The position numbers and the translations under genes were made by a program. DNA of 64,000 nt. It comes from a virus. The stretch lies in IMG/VR virus record IMGVR_UViG_3300011008_000022; one strand, given 5' to 3'. Within the stretch, counting starts at the first letter, position 1. The number at the start of each line of letters is the position of its first letter. Of this stretch, positions 35,203 to 42,869 are shown piece after piece. Below the pieces are notes generated by a model that saw only the letters and a program-made list of their open reading frames with translations, was not told the origin of the DNA and did no database searches.

Positions 35203-35912
35203 GAACGGATGGCTATGATAGCCTTTATCCAGTTTCTTCTTACGTGAGGCCATCGCTCGTTTTCAACCGTTTTCTGTCTGGGTGGCGACATCGGACAGCA
35301 GATGCAACCTATGCGGGTAAATCCTTGGTCGTAGAGTTCGCAGTGTGGCACCTGTACCACCTTATTCAGAAATTCCCATACATCCCTTTCAGTCCAGTGG
35401 ATGATAGGCGATATCAACAGTGTTTCTTTACCACTGATGCAGCCTATGGTCTTCTCTTCTTTGGCATTGGTGATATTCACCTCACCCTTCTTTCGTGTGC
35501 TCGGCGATTTGGTCGCCGATAGCTTTTCTTTCCTGAACTTCTCAAAGGCTTTCAGATCACCGCTGAATGAGTAGTTGCTAATCTCCACCTCATTACGTTT
35601 GGCCCTGTTCCGACTCTCCTGGTGTCTGATGCCGATGAGTGTCACTTTGCCCGCACCGGCTTTCTCCTTGAACTCTTCGCAGCACCATCTTACTTTCTTG
35701 GTAGGTAGCAGCTGCTTTCTCAGAGCAACATGGTAGATGCTATCCTTGGGTTTGATGAGTTCCACTTCTGGATATTCCCGTTTCACAAAACGGATCACCT
35801 CTGGCGGGTCCACAGAAGTCAAATTCATGTGTCCCTCGAATTGTACGCCGGCCAACTGTGCAATATGGATGAGCGCCTGACTGTCTTTGCCTCCGCTGAA
35901 AGCAAGGTAATA

Positions 35913-35921
35913 CCCCCCCCC
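35913..35921 (+). repeat. C9 homopolymer, flank AATA
   Basis: gtAATACCCCCCCCCtcg. It separates ORF 35740..36045 from ORF 35040..36014. Confidence 0.9.
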
Positions 35922-36148
35922 TCGTATCGTAGGCCAGTGCCAACTTCTCAGCCTTACGCAGTAGGCTGATGGAGTATTCCATCTTCCTGCGTAGCCGTTT
36001 GCTGGCTCTTCCATACGCTTGTGCCAATGTCATGTTTATCTTCATTATATGTCTCTTATTTCCAATATTCCGAAAAAATAAGCCCCTTTTTCGTGACTTT
36101 TTCTCTTATTCTCTATTTAAATGGCAAATTAAGCAGTTTTTGACCGCC

Positions 36149-36340
36149 TTATTTTGTCAAATATAACTCCCGCTCCTCTTCATCGCAGTGGTCAATAATC
36201 GTTGGCTCCTCGCCCTTTGCTCTTTGCGGACAGAATGCTGTCGTCTGCTGGAAGCGCTCACAGCTCTGCTTCAACAGACAGCGCTCCCCATGACAGAGTA
36301 ACATCAAATGTTTTCCCATAGCTCTTAATGTTTCGTTCAT
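36149..36340 (-). CDS. small Cys-rich hypothetical protein
   Basis: 63-aa ORF. The start abuts hairpin 36346-36360. Confidence 0.4.
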   Translation of the reverse strand: MNETLRAMGKHLMLLCHGERCLLKQSCERFQQTTAFCPQRAKGEEPTIIDHCDEEERELYLTK

Positions 36341-36345
36341 TGTAA

Positions 36346-36360
36346 GGCGATTGCATCGCC
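36346..36360 (+). repeat. family-C hairpin
   Basis: gtttcgttcattgtaa GGCGATtgcATCGCC gtcc. Confidence 0.6.
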
Positions 36361-36364
36361 GTCC

Positions 36365-36963
36365 TCAGTTAAACCATTTAATCACCGTGTCGCCCTGATA
36401 GCCTTTCACCCACACAAACCAGGCATAGGCCGTCGCGCTCCCGCTGATCTTATCAAACTCACCATTCATGGCACATAGCAGTCTCGATGAACTGACCCAT
36501 ACTCGTGCCGGAGGCTGTGTCCTGAACAGGTGCTTTCTCCCTCGCCCTTCCAAAAAGGTAAGTTTGAGAAACATGCACACCTTTTTCCCCTCTGGAATAA
36601 TCTGCAGCGCTTTCTCCACAAACTCTTGTGCATAGGCATAAGGCGGGTTTGTAATGATGTCCCCGTCCCATTGTAGATTGTCGATAGCCAGAAAGTCGGC
36701 CACTTCTCCATAACCTCGATCGATGATATCTCGCGAAGTAACGGAATACCCCCCCTAATAAGCACCTTACTGATGTGACCCTCGCCACAGGCAGGTTCCA
36801 GGATGGGACCGTCAAACTTTTCCAGACGTAGCAGCCACTCCGTCGCCTTTGGCTCAGTGGCATAGTAGTCACCCCAAGCCCGCTCATGGTCGGTATGGTT
36901 ACTGGCACCCAGCGTCTTAAACACCGATGCCCTGCCTCCTACCCAGTCTTTCTTCTCGCTCAT
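36365..36963 (-). pseudogene. gamma-class N6-adenine DNA methyltransferase interrupted at a G7 tract (possibly phase-variable)
   Basis: The N-terminal part (MSEKKDW...ILEPACGEGHISKVLIRGG, motif I) is in the frame of ORF 36466..37050. The C-terminal part (..DGDIITNPPYAYAQEF.., motif IV) is in ORF 36365..36703. They join only if the run 36749-36755 is G8 (giving ...RGGYSVTSRDIIDRGYGEVADFLAID). Confidence 0.75.
36749..36755 (+). repeat. C7 homopolymer, flank AATA
   Basis: ggAATACCCCCCCtaa. It splits the NPPY methyltransferase. Confidence 0.9.
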
Positions 36964-37097
36964 CACATCAAAAGGTTTTTCTCTCTCAATATACTTTTCA
37001 CTCGTGCCGGCTTCACCTTGGCAATGCTGGCAATGTTCTGTATCTGCCATCCCTCTTGATGCAGAGCGATGATCTGTTGTTCAATAGTCTTATTCAT
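36963..37097 (-). CDS. small HTH protein (44 aa)
   Basis: Hand translation: MNKTIEQQIIALHQEGWQIQNIASIAKVKPARVKSILREKNLLM. Its stop overlaps the MTase ATG (ATGTGATGA). Confidence 0.4.
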   Translation of the reverse strand: MNKTIEQQIIALHQEGWQIQNIASIAKVKPARVKSILREKNLLM

Positions 37098-37099
37098 AG

Positions 37100-38197
37100 T
37101 TATAGTGTAATTTTTACTTCTACATTATCGATAGTCAGTACCACGCCGCCTCGCCAGCCACGCCTCTGTATCTCGTCTATCAGCTCCTTATCCGTGAAGT
37201 ATTCAAGAGTAGTTGGCACAGCGGTCTTTCCTGGTTGCACTTGGCCATGACCAAAGCCACCGATAAAGTCATCTATGCCTCTTTCTATATGCTCATTCAG
37301 CTCCTCTTCAGCAGGGGCATGGTTGTTTTCCTCTTGCTCCTCTTCTCCCGCCACCGTGCCCTGCCGTTCTTGGCTGGGTTCTTCCACTACTCCCAGCGTA
37401 TCTCCGCTGGGTCTCTCCACTGTGTCCGCTGTTTCTCCAACGGGTATTTTAGGCACTAAGCCTTTTCTTCCCTGTCGGCTCTCTCGTGGTTCAAAAGAGG
37501 AAAGATCTTTCTCATCACACCAGTAGAAACCACCAGCCAACCGTTTCTTATCGATGGCCCTGCTGATGTTCTTAATGCCCAGCCCATGTTCGGCTGCACC
37601 CATCGACTCCCACACCCTGACAACCTTCAGCGTCGAGGGGTCTATTTGTGCAACCTTGCGCTTGGCTCGGTTCTTACTTCTTCCCAACGTGTCCCGTTCA
37701 CCCTGATAGGGATTTTTCGGCGTCACCCGTGTTTGCTTCCTTTGTTCCATAACTGGCGTATTTTGTTCTGATTTTAACACTTTTCGTTCCAATTTCGGCT
37801 CTTTCCGTTCCAATTTTAACGCTTTCCGTTCTTTCTGCTCCTTTTCCGCAGGCAGAGGCATCGCCTCTGCACCATCCAGGATGGCTCTGTAGTCAAACGT
37901 CGGCATCGGGCATTCCTCTGGCGCTTCATCATGCGCAAAGTTCAGCACATGCACCATCACACTGGCAGCGCGTGTCTTATCCTCCACGAACACAGGGCCA
38001 CGCTTTTTCATCGCCTCTGTCAACACCGATAGCGTCAGCATTTTGCAGGGCGTGTCAAAGTCTAACTTCCTCCACACCTGCATAAAGGCACTGCGCGTCT
38101 TGATATATAGCGTCTGCCTCTGTTTCTGCTTACCCCATTTTTCGTATGCTTCTTTCAGTGTCATCTTTTTGCTTCGTTCTTTGTCAGGCGATTGCAT
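37100..38197 (-). CDS. DNA-binding protein with homing-endonuclease-type (NUMOD/IENR-like) HTH module
   Basis: 365-aa ORF. The true start is probably the ATG at 38164 (MTLKEAYEKW), because 38187-38201 is a hairpin. VAQIDPSTLKVVRVWESMGAAEHGLGIKNISRAIDKKRLAGGFYWC resembles NUMOD-type modules by eye. Two in-frame hairpins at 37359-37411. Confidence 0.45.
   Translation of the reverse strand: MQSPDKERSKKMTLKEAYEKWGKQKQRQTLYIKTRSAFMQVWRKLDFDTPCKMLTLSVLTEAMKKRGPVFVEDKTRAASVMVHVLNFAHDEAPEECPMPTFDYRAILDGAEAMPLPAEKEQKERKALKLERKEPKLERKVLKSEQNTPVMEQRKQTRVTPKNPYQGERDTLGRSKNRAKRKVAQIDPSTLKVVRVWESMGAAEHGLGIKNISRAIDKKRLAGGFYWCDEKDLSSFEPRESRQGRKGLVPKIPVGETADTVERPSGDTLGVVEEPSQERQGTVAGEEEQEENNHAPAEEELNEHIERGIDDFIGGFGHGQVQPGKTAVPTTLEYFTDKELIDEIQRRGWRGGVVLTIDNVEVKITL
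37359..37411 (+). repeat. two family-A hairpins (one decayed) in-frame inside minus-strand CDS 37100..38197
   Basis: caccgtgCCCTGCCGttctTGGCTGGG and CCCAGCGtatctcCGCTGGG. Read in antisense they encode ..RPSGDTLGVVEEPSQERQGTVAG.. Confidence 0.65.
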
Positions 38198-38201
38198 CGC
38201 C
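38187..38201 (+). repeat. family-C hairpin
   Basis: gcttcgttctttgtca GGCGATtgcATCGCC gtcc. Confidence 0.6.
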
Positions 38202-38214
38202 GTCCTTATATGCT

Positions 38215-38652
38215 TTATCTATTTCTTTTATACCCCAGCGCCCGCATCATGGCAGCAGTTTCCTTGATGCCAGGCACCATCGAAAATTCGGTGGTCGATG
38301 CAATCACCTTCACCTTGGCCAATGAATAGCGGGTACAACAATATTCCGTTTTCGTGATATGGGGAACTTCATCCAGACTGGTAGGCAATAAGTCAATCTC
38401 CTTATCGCTCTTATGGTCCCGATAGATGGCCTTCGTCTTGCGAAGCATTCCCTCCGGCACCTCCATCGTTACACAGACATCAGTATCTACATTGCCACTC
38501 AGGTAATGGATGGCCTCTTTCGGATCATCAGTCGTAAAACAAAAACCGCGACTCTCAGAACGAAAGCCTCTATGCTTACTCTCGTTCACCAGCAGCTGAC
38601 CGGCTTGCAGCCGCCGCCACTCTTCTGCGCTCATAAATCTGTGTACTACCAT
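38215..38652 (-). CDS. hypothetical protein
   Basis: 145-aa ORF. Confidence 0.6.
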   Translation of the reverse strand: MVVHRFMSAEEWRRLQAGQLLVNESKHRGFRSESRGFCFTTDDPKEAIHYLSGNVDTDVCVTMEVPEGMLRKTKAIYRDHKSDKEIDLLPTSLDEVPHITKTEYCCTRYSLAKVKVIASTTEFSMVPGIKETAAMMRALGYKRNR

Positions 38653-38669
38653 CTGTCTTCGTTAGTGTG

Positions 38670-38689
38670 CCCAGCCGTTCTCGGCTGGG
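38670..38689 (+). repeat. family-A hairpin between two minus-strand genes
   Basis: gtgtgCCCAGCCGttctCGGCTGGGtctc. Confidence 0.65.
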
Positions 38690-38712
38690 TCTCTACACCT
38701 TATTATTATATA

Positions 38713-39039
38713 TTATATAGAGTCAATGAGTGTCATGCCACCCACAGCTCGCTCCGTCACAAAGATGGCAGGCTCATTCATCATGCCAACCTTCATCACA
38801 AAGCCCTTATCTTCCAGTCTGCTCAGGTATATCGTCAGAGGATCGCCCAACTTCGTGGGATATGCCTTGAAGAATGTGCGCAACTTCGTCTCGTCGAAAA
38901 ACAAAGTCGCTGCCGATTCTCCCTCTACTGGTTGGAAGGCATCTACGAACGCATCTATCTTTTGGGGAATAACGAAATCCTCCAGCGACGCGCCCTCTTC
39001 TTTGGCTTCCTCAAAAACGTCTTTCTTTTTATGACCCAT
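38713..39039 (-). CDS. hypothetical protein
   Basis: 108-aa ORF. First gene behind the minus-strand TACCTTTG box (39068-39075). Confidence 0.6.
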   Translation of the reverse strand: MGHKKKDVFEEAKEEGASLEDFVIPQKIDAFVDAFQPVEGESAATLFFDETKLRTFFKAYPTKLGDPLTIYLSRLEDKGFVMKVGMMNEPAIFVTERAVGGMTLIDSI

Positions 39040-39067
39040 GACCGTAAAAATTATAGTTTATCTTTGG

Positions 39068-39075
39068 CAAAGGTA
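39068..39075 (-). promoter_or_regulatory. -7 box TACCTTTG on the minus strand (leftward accessory operon)
   Basis: Reads CAAAGGTA on the + strand. 28 nt upstream of ATG 39039. Confidence 0.5.
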
Positions 39076-39171
39076 CAAATAATTTTATAATTACAAATTA
39101 AAACTAAGATTTATTTTGTAATTTTTATGAAAATCCCAAATATAAAATCTGTTTTTCTCAAATATTTTATG

Positions 39172-39179
39172 TAACTTTG
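39172..39179 (+). promoter_or_regulatory. -7 box TAACTTTG
   Basis: Upstream of 39249. Divergent from the box at 39068-39075. Confidence 0.45.
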
Positions 39180-39248
39180 CCCCCGAAATCGATAAAATAA
39201 TCTCGTTCCACTCTCTCCTGCGATAAATCGCAGGACCTAAAAACTAAG

Positions 39249-40148
39249 ATGATGTCTAAAATCAAACATTACTACCAGTGCGACATGTATAGCACCATCG
39301 GCAAGCAGCTCCAAAAATATTGGGACAGCATTATCCGTGCCGCATCCCGTGCCGATGACTATGCCCGTAAGTATGGCGCTTCCAGCTACGAAGCCCCAGT
39401 ACAATACTTCGAGGGTGGGGTAGATTACCTCATTTTCGACCACACTCCCGACCTCAAAGTGTGGCGTAAGAAAATTACGGATGCCGAGGGTACCGACCTC
39501 TACGAACCTAACTGCATGTATCGTTCTGATGTGCTCGTCATGCCTGATGACCGCTTCCATCCCTCCGACACATGGGATAAGACATACTCCAAGGAACACC
39601 TCGCCTGGAAGGATGCCAAACAGCTGAAGACCTTTGACCAGTGGGCTGCCATTGCCAAACTGAAACGGACTGATGACCGTGAGGCCGACATGAAGGCGCT
39701 CGATCAACTGATGTCTCGCTATACATTCGTCACCTTCCTCCATTTCTATGGCGACGAAGCCACCACCGTGCCTGATGCTTCTCCATCGGGTAGCCGTTTC
39801 CCGCAGGGACGTGCCGCCGGTCGCACAGCAGCTGCTCGTGCTCGTGCTGCTGCCAGTGGCAAGAATGCTCCCGACTGCCCTCAATGGCTCCGCAAAGCCA
39901 TCCGTGCCGAGAAAGACCGTCAGGCGCTTCCCGTTGTCGAGATCTATCCGCTCATGGCGATGCTTGATATGCGTCCATCCACCACAGGTCGCAGCGTCAC
40001 GCTCAATGTTACGCCGCAGTTCTTCCTTTATGGAGAGACATTTTTCATCGGTACTGAGTACCCATGCCATGCAGAGGGATTGCACCCCACCACAGAGGGC
40101 AATTTCATCTGCAACATGAATGCCGCCAAACGTCAGCGCAACAATTAG
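39249..40148 (+). CDS. hypothetical protein
   Basis: 299-aa ORF behind the TAACTTTG box (39172-39179). In-frame hairpin at 39771-39790 within an A/R-rich linker. Confidence 0.65.
   Translation: MMSKIKHYYQCDMYSTIGKQLQKYWDSIIRAASRADDYARKYGASSYEAPVQYFEGGVDYLIFDHTPDLKVWRKKITDAEGTDLYEPNCMYRSDVLVMPDDRFHPSDTWDKTYSKEHLAWKDAKQLKTFDQWAAIAKLKRTDDREADMKALDQLMSRYTFVTFLHFYGDEATTVPDASPSGSRFPQGRAAGRTAAARARAAASGKNAPDCPQWLRKAIRAEKDRQALPVVEIYPLMAMLDMRPSTTGRSVTLNVTPQFFLYGETFFIGTEYPCHAEGLHPTTEGNFICNMNAAKRQRNN
39771..39790 (+). repeat. hairpin in-frame inside CDS 39249..40148
   Basis: caccgtgCCTGATGcttctcCATCGGGt, encoding TVPDASPSGS. Confidence 0.7.
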
Positions 40149-40288
40149 ACCTCATACGATTAAAAATAGTTATTAAGTAATGATTTGTTTTAGTAGATTA
40201 GTAGTTTGGACCGAAACATAGTCAAGTGTGACTTTGTGACATAAGGTTAAATATCGAATGTAATTCATGGTATTAGATTTTAAGGTTG

Positions 40289-40326
40289 CCGCCTGCCCTG
40301 TCGCGATGACACAGCAGGCGGTTTTT
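40289..40326. terminator. bidirectional hairpin terminator between convergent genes
   Basis: CCGCCTGC-17 nt-GCAGGCGG ttttt. Confidence 0.5.
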
Positions 40327-40327
40327 C

Positions 40328-41113
40328 CTACGTCTCTTCTGGCCCGTCGTCTGCAGCTATTCCTGACATGAACGAACCACGCTGGCTCCGTTGGTAGAAC
40401 TTCGTCAACTCGGCATTCTGCCGCTCAATGATATCCATTAGCCGATTGCGCTCCGCATCAAATCCTGCTTGACAGTCTCGCCTGATGTGGTCCTCGCGCT
40501 CATGGTGCTCACGCTCCAGTTTGATAATCTCCTTTGTGTGCTCCAACCGCAATCGCAGTATAGTTTCACTCTCACACTCCCCACCGACTGCCTCAATGGG
40601 TCTGTCCGTGTGCACAGTGGTTTCCCCACTGGGAATGTTGCCACCACTCCCAGCCGTTTTCGGCTGGGTAATATCCCGTTCCTTTGCCGCCGCTTCCTCC
40701 TCGGCATCGCGCATCTTCAATAACTGTTCTTTGCGTTCCAGTCCAGCCGTCACCGCTGCTGCCTGTGCCCTGCTGCTCACCTGGCGCTCCCTAACCTGTG
40801 TCTCGATGATACTCTTTCCGGCACCATTGCCGATGCCGTAACCGTCCGTTGGCATGGTCTGACTGTCTTCAGTGGGTCTTTCGATAGTCAGCGTACTCTT
40901 ACCGTCACCGTCGAAGAAGAAACCGCTTATCGGTATGTTATAGTAGTTACACAACCTTAGCATAGCCGTGACATGGATGGGGGTCTTCCCGTCAAGCCAA
41001 CGGTTAATGCCAGTATAATCTGAACTCCCTAACGCCTCTAACAGGTCTTTCTTCGATAACTTGTTGGCCTCTTTGAACTCTCGCAGAAAACCATAATTGA
41101 AACTGTAGTCCAT
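40328..41113 (-). CDS. CI-like repressor (N-terminal XRE HTH)
   Basis: HTH: KLSKKDLLEALGSSDYTGINRWLDGKTPIHVTAMLRLCNYYNI. Divergent from 41320. In-frame hairpin at 40649-40668 (ITQPKTAGSGG). Confidence 0.6.
   Translation of the reverse strand: MDYSFNYGFLREFKEANKLSKKDLLEALGSSDYTGINRWLDGKTPIHVTAMLRLCNYYNIPISGFFFDGDGKSTLTIERPTEDSQTMPTDGYGIGNGAGKSIIETQVRERQVSSRAQAAAVTAGLERKEQLLKMRDAEEEAAAKERDITQPKTAGSGGNIPSGETTVHTDRPIEAVGGECESETILRLRLEHTKEIIKLEREHHEREDHIRRDCQAGFDAERNRLMDIIERQNAELTKFYQRSQRGSFMSGIAADDGPEET
40649..40668 (+). repeat. family-A hairpin in-frame inside the minus-strand repressor CDS
   Basis: CCCAGCCGttttCGGCTGGG. Read in antisense it encodes ITQPKTAGSGG. Confidence 0.75.
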
Positions 41114-41278
41114 AACTAATTATTTATATATATTTAACAATAAAGGTTGTATATCGCATAGTTTCCACCTTATATTATCTTTAATTATTAAACGCCAAAA
41201 TCTGACATTAAATTTTATCTAAATGTTAAATTTCCAACAAAAACTAATATAATCTTTGATTTTTCAAATTAAAATTCG

Positions 41279-41286
41279 TATCTTTG
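41279..41286 (+). promoter_or_regulatory. -7 box TATCTTTG (rightward promoter of the repressor switch)
   Basis: 33 nt upstream of ATG 41320. Divergent from the CI-like gene. Confidence 0.55.
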
Positions 41287-41319
41287 CACAAAATTACAAA
41301 AATATTTTTATATATCAAC

Positions 41320-41790
41320 ATGATTATTGAGAAGTTACAACAGCCAGAGGTACACTTCCAGTGTGATGATCTGACTCCAAATCAGAAAAAACTGTTAGCA
41401 GAGGTCATGCTTCGCCACGAAATGAAGTGGGGACTGGCCTACAACCGTTTCTTCCGATTTGGATTCAAAGAATGGGAATTGAAAGGCATCGACCAGATCA
41501 AACGCGACTTCCTCTCTCAACATCAGGAGGAGATTTTTCCGCCTAACCTGGATATGTCGCAGCCTACACCCGACGACATGGTTAGTGGCAAAGGCGTGTT
41601 CTACCGTATGCTCGGCATGACCATCGGCATGAAAAAACTGTTCATGGAACACATGAACACACTCGGTATGGGTTCCAACTCCGTTATCAATAAGTTCTCC
41701 AACGATGATTGGGCGGACTACGAAAAGGTGGGAATACTCACCATCCTAAAGGAGTTTGAACGTGAGGCTGCAGCTCTAAGCGAAACATAA
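41320..41790 (+). CDS. hypothetical protein (first gene of rightward operon)
   Basis: ATG at 41320 (MIIEKLQQ), 34 nt after the TATCTTTG box at 41279-41286. Confidence 0.6.
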   Translation: MIIEKLQQPEVHFQCDDLTPNQKKLLAEVMLRHEMKWGLAYNRFFRFGFKEWELKGIDQIKRDFLSQHQEEIFPPNLDMSQPTPDDMVSGKGVFYRMLGMTIGMKKLFMEHMNTLGMGSNSVINKFSNDDWADYEKVGILTILKEFEREAAALSET

Positions 41791-42179
41791 TGAGACAGCC
41801 ATGTCGAAGAAAACCAGGAAGACCGCTGAAAGACCGTCGCAGACATCTTCTTATAGCGGCTACAACAGACTTTCGAGGACCCGATGAAGACCAACTCTTC
41901 TTCCTCTTTCGCGGTGCCTCGCATCGTCTGCTATCTGATGTGTTCCGTTTTCTCATCGGCAATGGTAATGGTATCGCTCGTCAGGTGGTCATCACCGAAG
42001 AGCACGACACCATCAAACGTAATGGTAAGGGGTATTGGCGCATGGCAGTGAAACTCTGTGAACCAAACTACCACTTCTGCAGCCTGGAAGATATGCGCAT
42101 ACTCATCGATGCAGCGTTCCATCGTCATCATCCCTGCTCAGTCCATTGGCTCACCATTGATAAGTTCCTAAACGTATAG
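41790..42179 (+). CDS. hypothetical protein
   Basis: 129-aa ORF with a TAATG overlap with the previous gene. The N-terminus is uncertain. Confidence 0.4.
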   Translation: MRQPCRRKPGRPLKDRRRHLLIAATTDFRGPDEDQLFFLFRGASHRLLSDVFRFLIGNGNGIARQVVITEEHDTIKRNGKGYWRMAVKLCEPNYHFCSLEDMRILIDAAFHRHHPCSVHWLTIDKFLNV

Positions 42180-42186
42180 CAACCGT

Positions 42187-42206
42187 CCCAGCCGTTCTCG
42201 GCTGGG
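42187..42206 (+). terminator. family-A hairpin
   Basis: CCCAGCCGttctCGGCTGGG, after the stop at 42179. Confidence 0.6.
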
Positions 42207-42222
42207 TACTAAAAGCAAAAAT

Positions 42223-42861
42223 ATGAAACTGATTGATATTACATTCGACCTTGAAAGCCTATCGCTGGCTTCTAATGCTGCCATCGTACAGATAGCTGCT
42301 GTTGTTTTCAATCGTCATGCGTCCTCTGCTGACGAGTTGTTTCCCATCAATATCCCGCCGTTCGAGTGCAAGGTGGATATCCGATCTTGCGTAGCCGACG
42401 GGTTCGATTTCTCACCATCTACCGTGAAGTGGTGGGCTGAAAAGCCGGAAGAGGTAAAGACCGAAGTGCTCTCTGGCGATTGCTATCCGCTGCAGGAGGT
42501 ATTCGCTAACTTCATCGAATGGCTCAACGAGGTAAAAACGGCCACACAGTCTGACATGCTCTGCCTCTGGGCACAAGGCTCTGACTTCGACATCAGCGTT
42601 TTGCGCACCATACTGCGCACCTACAACCTCGAAGAGCGCTTCCCTGTGCCGTACCATAACTATCGCGATGCTCGTACATTCATTGCCGAGATAGGTAGCC
42701 ATTTCGCTGCCAACGAAGAGGCATTGGCCGACCATGCTAAGATCTACGAGGCCCTGCCTAAATATACGGGCGATGGCAACGTCCATAATGCCGTTTACGA
42801 CTGCCTCCGCACCTCCTGGTCTGTATGGCAGTGCTTCTCTCTTCTCCCTGACCCTGCATAA
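42223..42861 (+). CDS. DEDDh 3'-5' exonuclease (DnaQ/Rv2179c-like)
   Basis: Exo motifs FDLES, WAQGSDFDISVL and HNAVYDC. 212 aa. Confidence 0.65.
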   Translation: MKLIDITFDLESLSLASNAAIVQIAAVVFNRHASSADELFPINIPPFECKVDIRSCVADGFDFSPSTVKWWAEKPEEVKTEVLSGDCYPLQEVFANFIEWLNEVKTATQSDMLCLWAQGSDFDISVLRTILRTYNLEERFPVPYHNYRDARTFIAEIGSHFAANEEALADHAKIYEALPKYTGDGNVHNAVYDCLRTSWSVWQCFSLLPDPA

Positions 42862-42869
42862 TATTTGGT

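Larger units (their letters stand above)
34907..36045 (-). pseudogene. PAPS-reductase/PP-loop family protein (DndC/IbrA-like) interrupted at two poly-G tracts
   Basis: PP-loop YLAFSGGKDSQAL, VRWCCEEFK, GIRHQESRNRA and GCICCP motifs. The N-terminus is in ORF 35740..36045 and joins the main frame only if G9 (35913-35921) becomes G8. After G8 (35195-35202) all three frames stay open. The longest (..YCKERLPQQTLWYGIGKDW...ELEFDGWL*) ends at 34907 inside hairpin 34898-34916 and needs G7. Confidence 0.65.

Noticed and set aside
34011-36755. Treating the broken methyltransferase and PP-loop genes as plain sequencing errors and silently correcting them
   Set aside because: Not dismissed, but not accepted either. 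The needed corrections go in both directions, the tracts share a flank and a DNA polarity, and they cluster in one functional class. They are reported as a finding, with read-level verification required.
37100-38197. Integrase/recombinase
   Set aside because: The protein has no R..HxxR..Y or serine-recombinase motifs. It looks like a DNA-binding protein with a NUMOD-like HTH. No att-like repeats were seen.
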